In this document: piece by piece, positions 52,835 through 63,658 of the stretch
How the letters are laid out: each line of letters begins with the position of its first letter
Position numbering within the stretch: the first letter of the stretch is position 1
IMG/VR virus record: IMGVR_UViG_2939521961_000011
Source of the DNA: a virus
Taxonomy: Duplodnaviria > Heunggongvirae > Uroviricota > Caudoviricetes
DNA: 64,000 bases
Strand: one strand, 5' to 3'
Notes under the pieces: model-generated
Seen by the model: the letters and a program-made list of their open reading frames with translations, nothing else
What the model was told of the DNA's origin: nothing
The model's database searches: none
Translations under genes and position numbers: made by a program

Positions 52835-53566
52835 TCACATACCCTGACGTCCAACGTTTGACCGCCAGCTCTCCCAGTTAAAATTCACCCAACGACCACC
52901 ATTCATGGTCATACGGTCCATCACCCGATCTCCGAGGAGTGTGCTCATCGCTGCGTGATTCAGGTTCGTCAGCATTCCGACACTACGCATCGAAGCCGTT
53001 CTGCGGTCGACTATCTGGTTCAGCGTGACCTGCTCGTTGCGCGTATCCCGCTGCATGCCAATTTCATCAAGGACCAGAAGGTCAACTCCACAAAGCTCCT
53101 GTAAAAATTTTTCCCCGGACTGGCCGTTGTCGTAGCCGTCATGCAACACGCTCATGACATCGGACACGGTGACGATAATCACGCTTCTCCCCTTCGCCAT
53201 CAGCCGATTGCCAATCGCTGCTGCCAGGTGATTTTTACCGGTACCAGGTTTACCGCTGAACACGAAGTTTGTACATCCGGTCATCAATTCATCGGCAATG
53301 GATTTCGCCTGGCTCAGAGCATGGCGCTGACCGTCGTTCTGCACCCGGTAGTTCCCGAATGAGCACTTCCTGTGAAGCGGCTGGATGCCCGCACGGTTCA
53401 GGATTTTTTCAACCCGCACCTGATGATTCAGGCGGTTAATCTCCTCGCTGCGTTTTCGTCCTTCAGCAAGTTGCCATTCCCGCCACTCCTCCACCGTCCG
53501 GTACGGTGGAACCGCCCCCCTGTGGTGCAAGTCTGCGAATACGTTCAAGAACCCCAACTGCCGCAA
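52835..53566 (-). CDS. Replication protein, DnaC-like helicase loader
   Basis: Walker [12 protein letters not shown] and Walker B LLVLDEIG; paralog of 6154..6894. Confidence 0.85.
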   Translation of the reverse strand: MRQLGFLNVFADLHHRGAVPPYRTVEEWREWQLAEGRKRSEEINRLNHQVRVEKILNRAGIQPLHRKCSFGNYRVQNDGQRHALSQAKSIADELMTGCTNFVFSGKPGTGKNHLAAAIGNRLMAKGRSVIIVTVSDVMSVLHDGYDNGQSGEKFLQELCGVDLLVLDEIGMQRDTRNEQVTLNQIVDRRTASMRSVGMLTNLNHAAMSTLLGDRVMDRMTMNGGRWVNFNWESWRSNVGRQGM

Positions 53567-53582
53567 TGTTTTTCATGACACG

Positions 53583-54545
53583 TCACCCCCTGAATCCCGG
53601 CGGTATTTCAGTGTCCGGTTCAGAAATGTGATTCACGCAACGCTGCGCGGGCGAACGCCCCAGGCGGATAACCAGTTCATCCCATTTTTCCCGGAGTTTT
53701 GCCGGACTCATGATGTTTTTTACCCAGAACGAATCCCGCTGGAGACGCCCAAACATTTCACAAATTTGTCTGTGAGTTCTGCCATCCAGCATCCGCATTG
53801 TCCGCACGTCATTGGCCCATGCAGTCCAGTTGGGTTCTTTCGGTCTCGTGATCTCGCCATCATCGCTGGCCGCCTGCTCGTAAAGACTCACGATTCGTCC
53901 CCAGATCCACTGTGCGCACACCAAATCTTCCTGACTTCCCCACTGGCGTTTTTTCGCACTGAACACAACCGCGTCAGGGTGTCGGGTTAAAAAATCCTGT
54001 TCAGCCGTCTGCGGGTCCGGTTGCGAAGCGTCCGGACAAGAAGATCTTTTATCTGACGGATCAGGTTTTAATACTGACGGATCGGGGTCAATCATCGCCC
54101 CCCTAATCGGCAGTTTGTTATCAACAGTTGATCCATCAAAATTTGACGGGTCAACCGTTGAGGGGGCAATATTTGACGGGTCAACTGTTAACGGGTCATT
54201 TTTTGCCGGGCTAATTTTTCTTTTCGGTTTATATGACTCACGCGCCGCCGCCGCAGCTGCTTCGAGTTTTTCCACATTAAGCCGATAGATATTGCTTACA
54301 TTACGCCCACCGACCTTACGCTCTTCCTTCGTCAGCCAGCCCTCTTTCGCCAGTTCTGCAATAGCCGATTTCACTGTGGATTCACTTCTTGCACCGATCT
54401 GACGCCGGATAGTTTCAATGGCAGGCCATGACACGCCCTCGTCATTGCTGTAGTCTGCAAGACGGGCCATAACCGCCACCCTGGATAAGATCATGCCGGT
54501 GAAGGCGCACCCTTCCCAGACAAGACCATGAAGCTTGCTGCTCAT
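53583..54545 (-). CDS. Replication initiator O-like protein
   Basis: C-terminal about 150 aa nearly identical to 6901..7866; different winged-helix N-terminal domain; iterons inside the ORF. First ATG used. Confidence 0.8.
   Translation of the reverse strand: MSSKLHGLVWEGCAFTGMILSRVAVMARLADYSNDEGVSWPAIETIRRQIGARSESTVKSAIAELAKEGWLTKEERKVGGRNVSNIYRLNVEKLEAAAAAARESYKPKRKISPAKNDPLTVDPSNIAPSTVDPSNFDGSTVDNKLPIRGAMIDPDPSVLKPDPSDKRSSCPDASQPDPQTAEQDFLTRHPDAVVFSAKKRQWGSQEDLVCAQWIWGRIVSLYEQAASDDGEITRPKEPNWTAWANDVRTMRMLDGRTHRQICEMFGRLQRDSFWVKNIMSPAKLREKWDELVIRLGRSPAQRCVNHISEPDTEIPPGFRG
54040..54230. repeat. Replication-origin iterons (second type) inside the O-like gene
   Basis: Repeated TTTGACGGGTCAAC / CTGACGGATC units followed by an AT-rich stretch. 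Confidence 0.5.
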
Positions 54546-54567
54546 AAAACCCCCGAACACCGTGCTT

Positions 54568-54993
54568 TTAGTGCATCACCACAGCATTCCCTGCCGGGCC
54601 GCCGCGATTCATCTGGTCATACAAAACAACCGCTGACGCAACAAAATCATCGACATCCTTCACCAGCCGATCCCTCCGTTCGACGATCTCACGGTAATAT
54701 TCAGAACTGTGGCTGCGCATACGGGCCACCAGCAAAGGCGGCATCGCCTTTTCGATCGCCGGTAACAGAGCCTGCATTTTTTCAACAGCATCAGGGGTGT
54801 CTTTATCCAGCCAACGGAAAATTTTCTGGGTATTACGGGCCAGGGCTTCCGGATGGCTGTCGTCATACAGTTCCGGGAACGTCATTCCCAGCTCGAAATA
54901 CGCTTTGGTAATTTTCGCAGCCGGTACTTTTTCGCCGTCCGGATGCGCCCAGACATTCATCGCCATGCGGATGTGTTCATGCTTGATTTTCAT
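54568..54993 (-). CDS. ydaT: YdaT-family protein
   Basis: 141 aa starting MKIKHEHIRMAMNVWAHPDGEK, matching my recollection of Rac YdaT; located after the cro-like gene. Confidence 0.65.
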   Translation of the reverse strand: MKIKHEHIRMAMNVWAHPDGEKVPAAKITKAYFELGMTFPELYDDSHPEALARNTQKIFRWLDKDTPDAVEKMQALLPAIEKAMPPLLVARMRSHSSEYYREIVERRDRLVKDVDDFVASAVVLYDQMNRGGPAGNAVVMH

Positions 54994-55292
54994 GAATCAA
55001 CTCCATCAGATAAGCATGCACTACAATCACCTTCAGCATGAACTACATGTGTTTGCCCCAAACGAATGCCGCTCGCATACTCAGGCCAAATAAGCTCCCA
55101 ATCATGAGGTCGTAGCTCCGCCCTACTTACTTGGCCTTCCGTCGCAGATTCGATCATAAGGGCGCGGGTTGGAGATATAGCTGTTCGTCCAGACGCCATT
55201 TGCGATAAGTAAGATGGCGATACACCAAGTCTGGCCGCGAATTTCTTAGCATCACCAACCCTTAATGATTTAATAAACTCTTTTAATGTCAT
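54990..55292 (-). CDS. ydaS: Cro-like HTH protein YdaS
   Basis: 100 aa with HTH AKKFAARLGVSPSYLSQMASGRTAISP; divergent from the repressor gene. Confidence 0.7.
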   Translation of the reverse strand: MTLKEFIKSLRVGDAKKFAARLGVSPSYLSQMASGRTAISPTRALMIESATEGQVSRAELRPHDWELIWPEYASGIRLGQTHVVHAEGDCSACLSDGVDS

Positions 55293-55380
55293 ACCTTCCT
55301 CGGTTTAGTGTTTTTTTGCGAGTTTAGTGTTTAATAAACCATTAAGTCAAGTATTTGCTTGTTTAGTGATTACTAAAGAT
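55293..55380. promoter_or_regulatory. Immunity-region operators (GTTTAGTG repeats)
   Basis: GGTTTAGTGTTTTTTT, GAGTTTAGTGTTTAAT and GTTTAGTGATTACTAAAG repeats between the divergent cro-like and repressor genes; similar repeats at about 56325-56350. Confidence 0.45.
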
Positions 55381-55761
55381 AATTACCACATGCAAAAAAA
55401 AGAAATTCGCCGTTTACGTCTCAAGGAGTGGTTTAAAGATAAAACTCTGCCACCCAAAGAGAAGAGCTACCTATCTCAACTAATGAGTGGGAGAGCCTCG
55501 TTTGGAGAAAAGGCTGCCAGAAGAATAGAGCAAACATACGGGATGCCGGAAGGGTATCTGGATGCGGAATACGCAGAACAACCGGGGGTTTCTCCACCAC
55601 ATGCAGGGTTAACGTCTAATCAACTGGAATTATTGCAGATTTTTTCAGCCTTCCCTGAGGATGAGCAACGCCAGATAATCAGCGAGTTAAAGCAGAAAAA
55701 AGAATCAATGGAAGATCTCATAGCGAGATGGATTGCGGCGCAAAAATGCCGCCGCGCCTGA
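55327..55761 (+). CDS. racR: Rac-type immunity repressor RacR-like
   Basis: 144-aa ORF (true start may be the internal MQKKEIRR); HTH-containing, divergent from ydaS; Rac gene order. Confidence 0.7.
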   Translation: MFNKPLSQVFACLVITKDNYHMQKKEIRRLRLKEWFKDKTLPPKEKSYLSQLMSGRASFGEKAARRIEQTYGMPEGYLDAEYAEQPGVSPPHAGLTSNQLELLQIFSAFPEDEQRQIISELKQKKESMEDLIARWIAAQKCRRA

Positions 55762-55781
55762 GTTATAAAACCGGAGGAAAC

Positions 55782-55973
55782 ATGAATAGAGCCCTTTCAC
55801 CAATGGTTTCTGAATTTGAAACCATTGAACAAGAAAACAGTTACAACGAATGGCTGCGTGCGAAAGTAGCAACGAGCCTTGCAGATCCGCGCCCAGCAAT
55901 TCCCCATGACGAAGTTGAGCGCAGAATGGCAGAACGCTTTGCTAAGATGCGCAAGGAACGGAGCAAGCAGTAA
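55782..55973 (+). CDS. ParD-like antitoxin
   Basis: 63 aa; stop overlaps the start of the downstream ParE-like toxin (TAAAATG). Confidence 0.55.
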   Translation: MNRALSPMVSEFETIEQENSYNEWLRAKVATSLADPRPAIPHDEVERRMAERFAKMRKERSKQ

Positions 55974-55974
55974 A

Positions 55975-56253
55975 ATGTTACCCGTGTTATGGCTTGAAAG
56001 CGCAGATACCGACCTAGATGATATAACTAGTTATATTGCTCGTTTCGACATAGATGCGGCTGAACGCTTATGGCAGCGATTAAGGGGTTGTGTGCTGCCG
56101 TTATCCGAACATCCGTATTTATACCCACCAAGCGACAGAGTACCTAGCTTGCGTGAGATTGTAGCCCACCCTAACTATATAATTCTATACCGCGTAACAA
56201 CATCAAGCGTTGAAGTAGTAAACGTGATCCACGCAAGACGCCAGTTTCCCTAA
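55975..56253 (+). CDS. ParE/RelE-family toxin
   Basis: 92 aa with the ParE-type pattern ADTDLDDITSYIARFD...YRVTTSSVEVVNVIHARR. Confidence 0.65.
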   Translation: MLPVLWLESADTDLDDITSYIARFDIDAAERLWQRLRGCVLPLSEHPYLYPPSDRVPSLREIVAHPNYIILYRVTTSSVEVVNVIHARRQFP

Positions 56254-56539
56254 CTTTCACTACCAATAGAAACATAACAACCGCAACGACTTTATCAAAA
56301 GCGTTGTGTTTGTTATGTCCCGCGGTTTAGTTTTTACTTGACTTAAGTTTAATGTTTATTAAACTAAAAATACCACCCCGCCCCACAGAACGCAGGGAAA
56401 TACTTCGAGTTACCCGGCAGTGGTCAGGGGTTAAGTAGCCAGCCCGAGGCGTATGAACATGACGGCAGGGTTCAACTTTAATAACTATGCAGCAGGTTTT
56501 TGTTCCGCTACCCCGGCGTTAAGGGGAAATGAGGTCAGC

Positions 56540-56692
56540 ATGGATACTATCGATCTTGGCAACAACGCATCTCTGGTGTACGGCGTGTTTCCAAACCAGG
56601 ACGGCACGTTCACCGCAATGACGTATACCAAAAGCAAAACGTTTAAAACCGAAAATGGTGCCCGTCGCTGGCTTGCCAAAAATACCAGCTAA
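56540..56692 (+). CDS. DUF1391-type small protein (YdaF/YdfA-like)
   Basis: 50 aa MDTIDLGNNASLVYGVFPNQDGTFTAMTYTKSKTFKTE...; paralog of 9240..9392. Confidence 0.65.
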   Translation: MDTIDLGNNASLVYGVFPNQDGTFTAMTYTKSKTFKTENGARRWLAKNTS

Positions 56693-56884
56693 ACCATTTA
56701 TTGGATTAATTCAATATTCTTGCTGTAGGGGTATAGCCGAGGCCACCAAAGCCCGGAGGTGGTGAAATAAAACCGGGCACAACACGAAGGCGCATTTCCG
56801 GTATCCATAAAGAGTCGGTCTTGTCTGTTAAATTTAAATGGTGGGAGTGCGCCTCCGGTTGTGAATAACAACACTGCTGTGTGT

Positions 56885-56937
56885 AGTCTTGGCGGCATCA
56901 GTTTTTTCTTGAAGTTCGACTGATGTCCGCCCTTTTT
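56885..56937 (+). ncRNA. DicF-like small RNA variant
   Basis: Shares the 5' GGCGGCATCAGTTTT and the terminator end with DicF but the internal segment differs; followed by the same conserved downstream leader as in prophage A. Confidence 0.3.
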
Positions 56938-57112
56938 AAAGTGAATTTTGTGATGCGGTGAATGCGGCTAAGCGCACGCGGCACAGTTAAAAGTCATGTT
57001 AGTCCTTATTGGTTTGGGTGGGAAAGCCGACTGTAATTGTTAACTGGTTGCAGTCACCTGGAGGCACCAGGCACCGCATCAACAAAGTTCATTTGTAAAA
57101 ATGGAGATAATT

Positions 57113-57334
57113 ATGATTGCACATCACTTCGGAACTGATGAAATACCACGTCAGTGTGTGACTCCTGGTGATTATGTTCTTCATGAAGGCCGGACATATA
57201 TCGCCTCGGCAAACAATATTAAAAAGCGAAAACTTTATATTCGTAACCTGACTACAAAAACATGCATTTCTGACTGCATGATTAAAGTCTTCCTCGGTCG
57301 TGATGGTTTACCTGTAAAGGCGGAGTCATGGTGA
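57113..57334 (+). CDS. kilR: Cell-division inhibitor KilR
   Basis: 73 aa [46 protein letters not shown]..., matching my recollection of Rac KilR. Confidence 0.75.
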   Translation: MIAHHFGTDEIPRQCVTPGDYVLHEGRTYIASANNIKKRKLYIRNLTTKTCISDCMIKVFLGRDGLPVKAESW

Positions 57335-57504
57335 TGACTAAGAAAATAAAATGTGCTTACCACCTTTGCAATAAAGGAATTGAAGAAAGCAAAAGCATTA
57401 AAAGACCACTTCATTTCATGCGTGGAGTTATCCCAACGACGGAAATGAAAAAATATTGTAGTGAAAATTGTGCCGAAAAAGACCAGATGGCACACGAACT
57501 TTAA
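57334..57504 (+). CDS. ydaE: YdaE-like small zinc-binding protein
   Basis: 56 aa [15 protein letters not shown]...KYCSENCAEKDQMAHEL; ATG overlaps the kilR stop (TGATG). Below the ORF-track size cut-off. Confidence 0.55.
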   Translation: MTKKIKCAYHLCNKGIEESKSIKRPLHFMRGVIPTTEMKKYCSENCAEKDQMAHEL

Positions 57505-57577
57505 TTAACTGACTATGCGAAACTGAATTTATGCCAGCAATGGCAGGGATTCGCTCAACCTTAATTAAGGAGAAAAA

Positions 57578-57853
57578 ATGATTACCAATTATGAAGTCAC
57601 TGTTGTAACTACCGATGACATTGTTCACGAGGTTAATCTGGAAGGAAAGCGTATTGGCTACGTGATTAAAACAGAAAATAAAGAAACCCCATTCACTGTG
57701 GTTGATATTGACGGTCCATCAGGCAACGTAAAAACACTTGATGAAGGTGTCACAAAAATGAGTCTGGTTCACATCGGAAAGAATCTGCCCGCAGAAAAAA
57801 AAGCCGGATTTCTGGCAACTCTGATTGCAATGAAATTAAAAGGTGAAATCTGA
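57578..57853 (+). CDS. racC: RacC-like protein
   Basis: 91 aa directly upstream of recE, as in Rac; AGGAGA RBS. Confidence 0.65.
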   Translation: MITNYEVTVVTTDDIVHEVNLEGKRIGYVIKTENKETPFTVVDIDGPSGNVKTLDEGVTKMSLVHIGKNLPAEKKAGFLATLIAMKLKGEI

Positions 57854-57951
57854 AAAAAGAAAGCCTGCACAACGTGCAGGCCTGAGTGAAGAACCTGGGA
57901 CATTTATTCATCACTCGCAGTAATTTTAATCTGAGTTGAGGTTAAAAAACA

Positions 57952-60603
57952 ATGAGCACAAAACCACTCTTCCTTTTACGGAAAGCGAAAAAATCATCCG
58001 GTGAACCTGACGTCGTCCTGTGGGCAAGCGACGATTTTGAATCAACCTGTGCCACTCTGGACTACCTGATCGTTAAGTCAGGTAAAAAACTGAGCAACTA
58101 TTTTAAAGCTGTTGCCACAAATTTTCCTGTCGTTAATGACCTTCCCCCTGAAGGTGAGATCGATTTTACCTGGAGTGAACGCTATCAACTCAGCAAAGAC
58201 TCCATGACCTGGGAACTAAAACCGGGAGCAGCGCCAGACGACGTTCACCATCAGGAGGATGCACCGGAAACCGAAGAACCGACGGGAGGCCAGGAAGAAA
58301 ACGCGCAGGCAGACGCCCACGAGGATTGCCAGGATTGCGAAGTCTCTGTAGCCACTTTGCGGTTCACACAGCGTCTTCTGCACATTTTTACGTATGCAGC
58401 CGGGGATCGAAAATACCTGCATCATGCCACCCGTGAACAACGCAAACACATTACTGCTCTTGAGATGGATCAGGAAAACAGCTATGTCCAGAATCTGCTG
58501 TTGGCCATACGCAGCATGGCAGAACCGACAACTCTGGATAATGCCGCCCTGCTCCGCCTGACTGATGCAATTAAGGCAGTGTTCTCTATCACGAAAAAAC
58601 ATCAGCCCTATGAATTTAAGAATTTCATTTCAGCCTGGCTGGATACCGAACACATTGATCGCGGTCTTCTGACAAAAGAATGGCGAAAAGGGAATCGTGT
58701 TTCACGCATCACTCGCACGGCTTCCGGTGCTAATGCTGGCGGCGGGAACCTCACCGATCGCGGCGAAGGTTTCGTCCACGATCTGACATCACTGGCGCGC
58801 GATGTAGCCACTGGCGTACTGGCCCGTTCAATGGACGTGGACATCTATAACCTTCATCCGGCACACGCTAAACGCATTGAGGAAATTATCGCTGAAAATA
58901 AACCACCCTTTTCTGTTTTCCGCGACAAATTCATCACCATGCCTGGCGGGCTGGATTATTCCCGCGCCATCGTGGTTGCGTCCGTGAAAGAAGCACCAAT
59001 TGGGATCGAGGTCATCCCCGCACACGTCACTGAATATCTGAACAAAGTACTGACTGAAACCGATCATGCCAACCCTGATCCGGAAATCGTGGATATTGCC
59101 TGCGGTCGCTCCTCGGCCCCGATGCCGCAACGAGTAACAGAAGAAGGAAAACAGGACGATGAAGAAAAACCACAACCATCTGGCGCAATGGCAGATGAAC
59201 GGGCAACGGCTGAAACAGTGGAACCGAATGCAACTGAACATCATCAGAACACGCAGCCGCTGGATGCTCAGTCACAGGTAAATTCTGTTGATGCGAAATA
59301 TCAGGAACTGCGGGCAGAACTCCATGAAGCCCGGAAAAACATTCCATCAAAAAATCCTGTCGATGCCGATAAATTGCTTGCTGCATCACGTGGTGAATTT
59401 GTTGACGGAATTAGCGACCCGAACGATCCGAAATGGGTTAAGGGGATCCAGACTCGCGATTCTGTGTACCAGAACCAGCCAGAAACGGAAAAAATCAGCC
59501 CGGATGCGAAACAACCTGAGCCAGTAGTGCAACAGGAACCGGAAATAGTCTGCAATGCCTGCGGTCAGACTGGCGGGGATAACTGCCCTGACTGTGGTGC
59601 GGTGATGGGCGACGCAACATACCAGGAAACATTCGGTGAAGAGAATCAGGTTGAAGCTAAGGAAAAAGATCCGGAGGAAATGGAAGGCGCTGAACATCCG
59701 CACAATGAGAATGCTGGCAGCGATCCGCATCGCGATTGCAGTGATGAAACTGGCGAAGTCGCAGATCCCGTAATCGTAGAAGACATAGAGCCAGGTATTT
59801 ATTACGGAATTTCGAATGAGAATTACCACGCGGGTCCCGGCGTCAGTAAGTCTCAGCTCGATGACATTGCTGATACTCCGGCACTGTATTTGTGGCGTAA
59901 AAATGCCCCCGTGGACACTACAAAGACAAAAACGCTCGATTTAGGAACCGCTTTCCACTGCCGGGTACTTGAACCGGAAGAATTCAGTAACCGCTTTATC
60001 GTAGCACCTGAATTTAACCGCCGTACAAACGCCGGAAAAGAAGAAGAGAAAGCGTTTCTGATGGAATGCGCAAGCACAGGAAAAACGGTTATCACTGCGG
60101 AAGAAGGCCGGAAAATTGAACTCATGTATCAACGCGTTATGGCTTTGCCGCTGGGGCAATGGCTTGTTGAAAGCGCCGGACACGCTGAATCATCAATTTA
60201 CTGGGAAGATCCGGAAACAGGAATTTTGTGTCGGTGCCGTCCGGACAAAATTATTCCTGAATTTCACTGGATCATGGACGTGAAAACCACAGCGGATATT
60301 CAACGATTCAAAACGGCTTATTACGACTACCGCTATCACGTTCAGGATGCATTCTACAGTGACGGTTATGAAGCACAGTTTGGCGTGCTGCCAACTTTCG
60401 TTTTTCTGGTTGCCAGCACAACTGTTGAATGCGGACGTTACCCGGTTGAGATTTTCATGATGGGCGAAGAAGCAAAACTGGCAGGCCAGCAGGAATATCA
60501 CCGCAATCTGAGGACCCTGGCTGACTGCCTGAATACCGATGAATGGCCAGCTATTAAAACGTTATCACTGCCCCGCTGGGCTAAGGAGTATGCAAATGAC
60601 TAA
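57952..60603 (+). CDS. recE: Exodeoxyribonuclease VIII RecE
   Basis: 883 aa; C-terminal PD-(D/E)XK RecE-fold nuclease region ([21 protein letters not shown]...); followed by overlapping recT. Confidence 0.9.
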   Translation: MSTKPLFLLRKAKKSSGEPDVVLWASDDFESTCATLDYLIVKSGKKLSNYFKAVATNFPVVNDLPPEGEIDFTWSERYQLSKDSMTWELKPGAAPDDVHHQEDAPETEEPTGGQEENAQADAHEDCQDCEVSVATLRFTQRLLHIFTYAAGDRKYLHHATREQRKHITALEMDQENSYVQNLLLAIRSMAEPTTLDNAALLRLTDAIKAVFSITKKHQPYEFKNFISAWLDTEHIDRGLLTKEWRKGNRVSRITRTASGANAGGGNLTDRGEGFVHDLTSLARDVATGVLARSMDVDIYNLHPAHAKRIEEIIAENKPPFSVFRDKFITMPGGLDYSRAIVVASVKEAPIGIEVIPAHVTEYLNKVLTETDHANPDPEIVDIACGRSSAPMPQRVTEEGKQDDEEKPQPSGAMADERATAETVEPNATEHHQNTQPLDAQSQVNSVDAKYQELRAELHEARKNIPSKNPVDADKLLAASRGEFVDGISDPNDPKWVKGIQTRDSVYQNQPETEKISPDAKQPEPVVQQEPEIVCNACGQTGGDNCPDCGAVMGDATYQETFGEENQVEAKEKDPEEMEGAEHPHNENAGSDPHRDCSDETGEVADPVIVEDIEPGIYYGISNENYHAGPGVSKSQLDDIADTPALYLWRKNAPVDTTKTKTLDLGTAFHCRVLEPEEFSNRFIVAPEFNRRTNAGKEEEKAFLMECASTGKTVITAEEGRKIELMYQRVMALPLGQWLVESAGHAESSIYWEDPETGILCRCRPDKIIPEFHWIMDVKTTADIQRFKTAYYDYRYHVQDAFYSDGYEAQFGVLPTFVFLVASTTVECGRYPVEIFMMGEEAKLAGQQEYHRNLRTLADCLNTDEWPAIKTLSLPRWAKEYAND

Positions 60604-61405
60604 GCAACCACCTATCGCAAAAGCCGATCTGCAAAAAACCCAGGGAAACCGTGCACCAGCAGCAGTAAAAAATAACGACGTGATCAGCTTTATTAATCAG
60701 CCATCAATGAAAGAGCAACTGGCAGCAGCTCTCCCACGCCATATGACGGCTGAACGAATGATACGTATCGCCACCACAGAAATTCGTAAGGTTCCGGCGC
60801 TAGGAAACTGTGACACCATGAGTTTTGTCAGTGCGATCGTTCAGTGTTCACAGCTCGGCCTTGAGCCAGGTAGCGCCCTCGGCCACGCATATTTACTGCC
60901 TTTTGGTAATAAAAACGAAAAGAGCGGTAAAAAGAACGTTCAGCTAATCATTGGTTATCGCGGCATGATTGATCTGGCTCGCCGTTCTGGTCAAATCGCC
61001 AGCCTGTCAGCCCGTGTTGTCCGTGAAGGTGACGAGTTTAGTTTTGAATTTGGCCTTGATGAAAAGTTAATACACCGCCCGGGAGAAAACGAAGATGCAC
61101 CAGTGACCCACGTCTATGCTGTCGCAAGACTGAAAGACGGAGGGACTCAGTTTGAAGTTATGACGCGCAAACAGATTGAACTGGTGCGCAGCCAGAGTAA
61201 GGCTGGTAATAACGGGCCATGGGTAACTCACTGGGAAGAAATGGCAAAAAAAACGGCTATTCGTCGCCTGTTTAAATACCTGCCTGTCTCAATTGAAATC
61301 CAGCGTGCAGTATCAATGGATGAAAAGGAACCACTGACAATCGATCCGGCAGACTCCTCTGTATTAACCGGGGAATACAGTGTAATCGATAATTCAGAAG
61401 AATAA
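60596..61405 (+). CDS. recT: Single-strand annealing recombinase RecT
   Basis: 269 aa [35 protein letters not shown]..., matching RecT as I recall it; start overlaps the recE stop. Confidence 0.95.
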   Translation: MTKQPPIAKADLQKTQGNRAPAAVKNNDVISFINQPSMKEQLAAALPRHMTAERMIRIATTEIRKVPALGNCDTMSFVSAIVQCSQLGLEPGSALGHAYLLPFGNKNEKSGKKNVQLIIGYRGMIDLARRSGQIASLSARVVREGDEFSFEFGLDEKLIHRPGENEDAPVTHVYAVARLKDGGTQFEVMTRKQIELVRSQSKAGNNGPWVTHWEEMAKKTAIRRLFKYLPVSIEIQRAVSMDEKEPLTIDPADSSVLTGEYSVIDNSEE

Positions 61406-61449
61406 TTCAGCCTGGCGGTGTAATGCACCGCCAACGTGAGACAGTTTTT

Positions 61450-61656
61450 ATGACAAAAATTATGAGATATGACGATGTTAAACCATGTCCGTTTTGTGGT
61501 TGTCCATCTGTTACAGTGAAAGCAATTTCAGGATATTACCGGGCAAAATGCAACGGATGCGAATCCCGAACTGGCTATGGTGGAAGTGAAAAAGAAGCAC
61601 TCGAAAGATGGAATAAACGAACTACTGGAAATAATAATGGAGGTGTTCATGTATAA
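61450..61656 (+). CDS. ralR: Restriction alleviation protein Lar (RalR)
   Basis: MTKIMRYDDVKPCPFCGCPSVTVKAISGYYRAKCNGCESRTGYGG... with Cys4 zinc ribbon, as Rac Lar. Confidence 0.8.
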   Translation: MTKIMRYDDVKPCPFCGCPSVTVKAISGYYRAKCNGCESRTGYGGSEKEALERWNKRTTGNNNGGVHV

Positions 61657-61837
61657 AATAACTGCCACTATTGAAAAAGAAGGTGGCACTCCTACTAACT
61701 GGACAAGATATTCAAAATCTAAATTAACGAAATCAGAATGCGAAAAAATGCTCTCAGGGAAAAAAGAAGCAGGCGTGTCCAGAGAGCAGAAAGTAAAGCT
61801 GATAAATTTTAATTGCGAGAAACTTCTGTCCTCGTGA
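61637..61837 (+). CDS. ydaC: YdaC-like small protein
   Basis: Small ORF overlapping the lar 3' end, in the Rac order lar-ydaC-xis-int; start uncertain. Confidence 0.5.
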   Translation: MEVFMYKITATIEKEGGTPTNWTRYSKSKLTKSECEKMLSGKKEAGVSREQKVKLINFNCEKLLSS

Positions 61838-61937
61838 GTTGCATTATATACAAATTAGAACTTCATAGCTGATTATTAAAAATCAACCACACCCGCCAGT
61901 ATTCTGTATATTTACTGGCGGTCATATCGTAAGAGGT

Positions 61938-62225
61938 ATGGCAATGAATCTTGTGACACTCAAAACGTGGGGAAAACTCAGATATCCGGATAACCCACCA
62001 TCAATATCAACGCTGAGACGATGGGCAAGGAATGGAAACATTTATCCTGCACCTGAACTACACGGGAGGAGTTACAGGGTGGTTCCGGAAGCTTTCTATA
62101 TCAACCCAAATAAGGTTGATACCGATATAACACACCATCAGCCTAATGGGCGACAAGGGAGAGACAGTCCGTTACTGGAGAAGTTAAAACATGCAGCGGA
62201 AAAAATACGATCCCAATTTACCTAA
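61938..62225 (+). CDS. xis: Excisionase (lambda Xis-like)
   Basis: 95 aa with the W.K..YPDNPPSISTLRRWARNGNIYPAP..HGRSY pattern resembling lambda Xis; overlaps the int start. Confidence 0.6.
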   Translation: MAMNLVTLKTWGKLRYPDNPPSISTLRRWARNGNIYPAPELHGRSYRVVPEAFYINPNKVDTDITHHQPNGRQGRDSPLLEKLKHAAEKIRSQFT

Positions 62226-63306
62226 AAACTTAACATATCGAAGGAGGGACAAAGCATATTACTGGCGCAACCCTCTGACGAAAGAAGAATTTACACTAGG
62301 TAAAATTTCAAGAAGAGATGCAGTAGCGCAGGCAATTGAAGCAAATCATTATATATACAAAAACTACTCTCCTGCTGCCTTAATTGAAAAACTAAAAGGG
62401 TTCGACTCATTTACTATGGCAGACTGGATTGAACGTTACAAAACGATTCTTATAAGGAGAAAAGTGTCCAGAAATACTTATAAAATTCGGGTAAATCAAC
62501 TGGAGACAATAAAAGAAAAATTAGGAGGGGTTTTACTGACAGAAATAACCACTCGCCATATTGCCGAGTTTCTTGATTTGTGGATTGAAGGAGGGAAAAA
62601 CACGATGGCAGGATCAATGCGTTCTGTGTTATCTGATATGTTCCGCGAGGCCATTGTTGAAGGACGTATATCTCAAAATCCAGTAACGCCAACAAGAGCA
62701 CCGAAAATAGTAGTTACAAGAGAACGGCTGAAACTAAAGACATACAACTGCATCAGGGAGGCAGCAGATCAACTTCCGACATGGTTCCCATTAGCTATGG
62801 ACTTAGCCCTTGTAACAGGACAACGTCGCGAAGACATAACAAATATGCGGTTCAGTGAGATTTATGATGATCGTCTCCACATCAGGCAAATTAAGACAGG
62901 AATGATGATTGCTATCCCCCTGTCACTCAGCCTTCCTGTCGCTGGTTTACGACTTGGTACAGTAGTTGAACAGTGCCGCATGGTAAGTAGGGGGGATTAT
63001 CTAATCAGTGCCGGGATTAGAAAAAACAGCCCTGACGGCAGCATTCACCCGGACGGCCTGACAAAGAAATTTGTCGCAGCCAGAAAATTAACAGGTATCC
63101 AGTTCAGTGAAAACCCACCAACTTTTCACGAGATCAGAAGCCTGGCTGGACGATTGTACAAAGAAACATGTGGGGAAGAATTTGCTCAACGTCTACTTGG
63201 CCACACATCGGAGAAGACAACAAAAATGTATCTTGATGAGAGAGAAAAAACGTACTACTGCTCTGATTTTAACGTAAATGGATTGTTAAATGTGTTTTGG
63301 TTGTGA
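62191..63306 (+). CDS. int: Lambda-family tyrosine integrase
   Basis: 371 aa; N-terminus [27 protein letters not shown] and C-terminus [15 protein letters not shown]...[13 protein letters not shown] parallel lambda Int. Confidence 0.9.
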
Positions 63307-63584
63307 TATAACCAAAAAAGACCGGAATACAGAAATTCGAGTAAATTTCGAGTAATTTCGGGGAGACGTTTGCAACTAATTGATTTTAAATACAATTAAA
63401 AAAAGACCGAATACGATTCCTGTATTCGGTCCAGGGAAATGGCTCTTGGGAGAGAGCCGTGCGCTAAAAGTTGGCATTAATGCAGGCTTAGTTGCCTTGC
63501 CCTTTAAGAATAGATGACGACGCCAGGTTTTCCAGTTTGCGTGCAAAATGGTCAATAAAAAGCGTGGTGGTCATCAGCTGAAAT

Positions 63585-63628
63585 GTTAAAAACCGCCCGT
63601 TCTGGTGAAAGAACTGAGGCGGTTTTTT
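63585..63628. terminator. Bidirectional rho-independent terminator between prophage B end and host gene
   Basis: Hairpin accgcccg...ggcggt flanked by an A-run and a T-run. Confidence 0.4.
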
Positions 63629-63658
63629 TATTGGAAATCAAAAGGCTATTTTAGGTAA

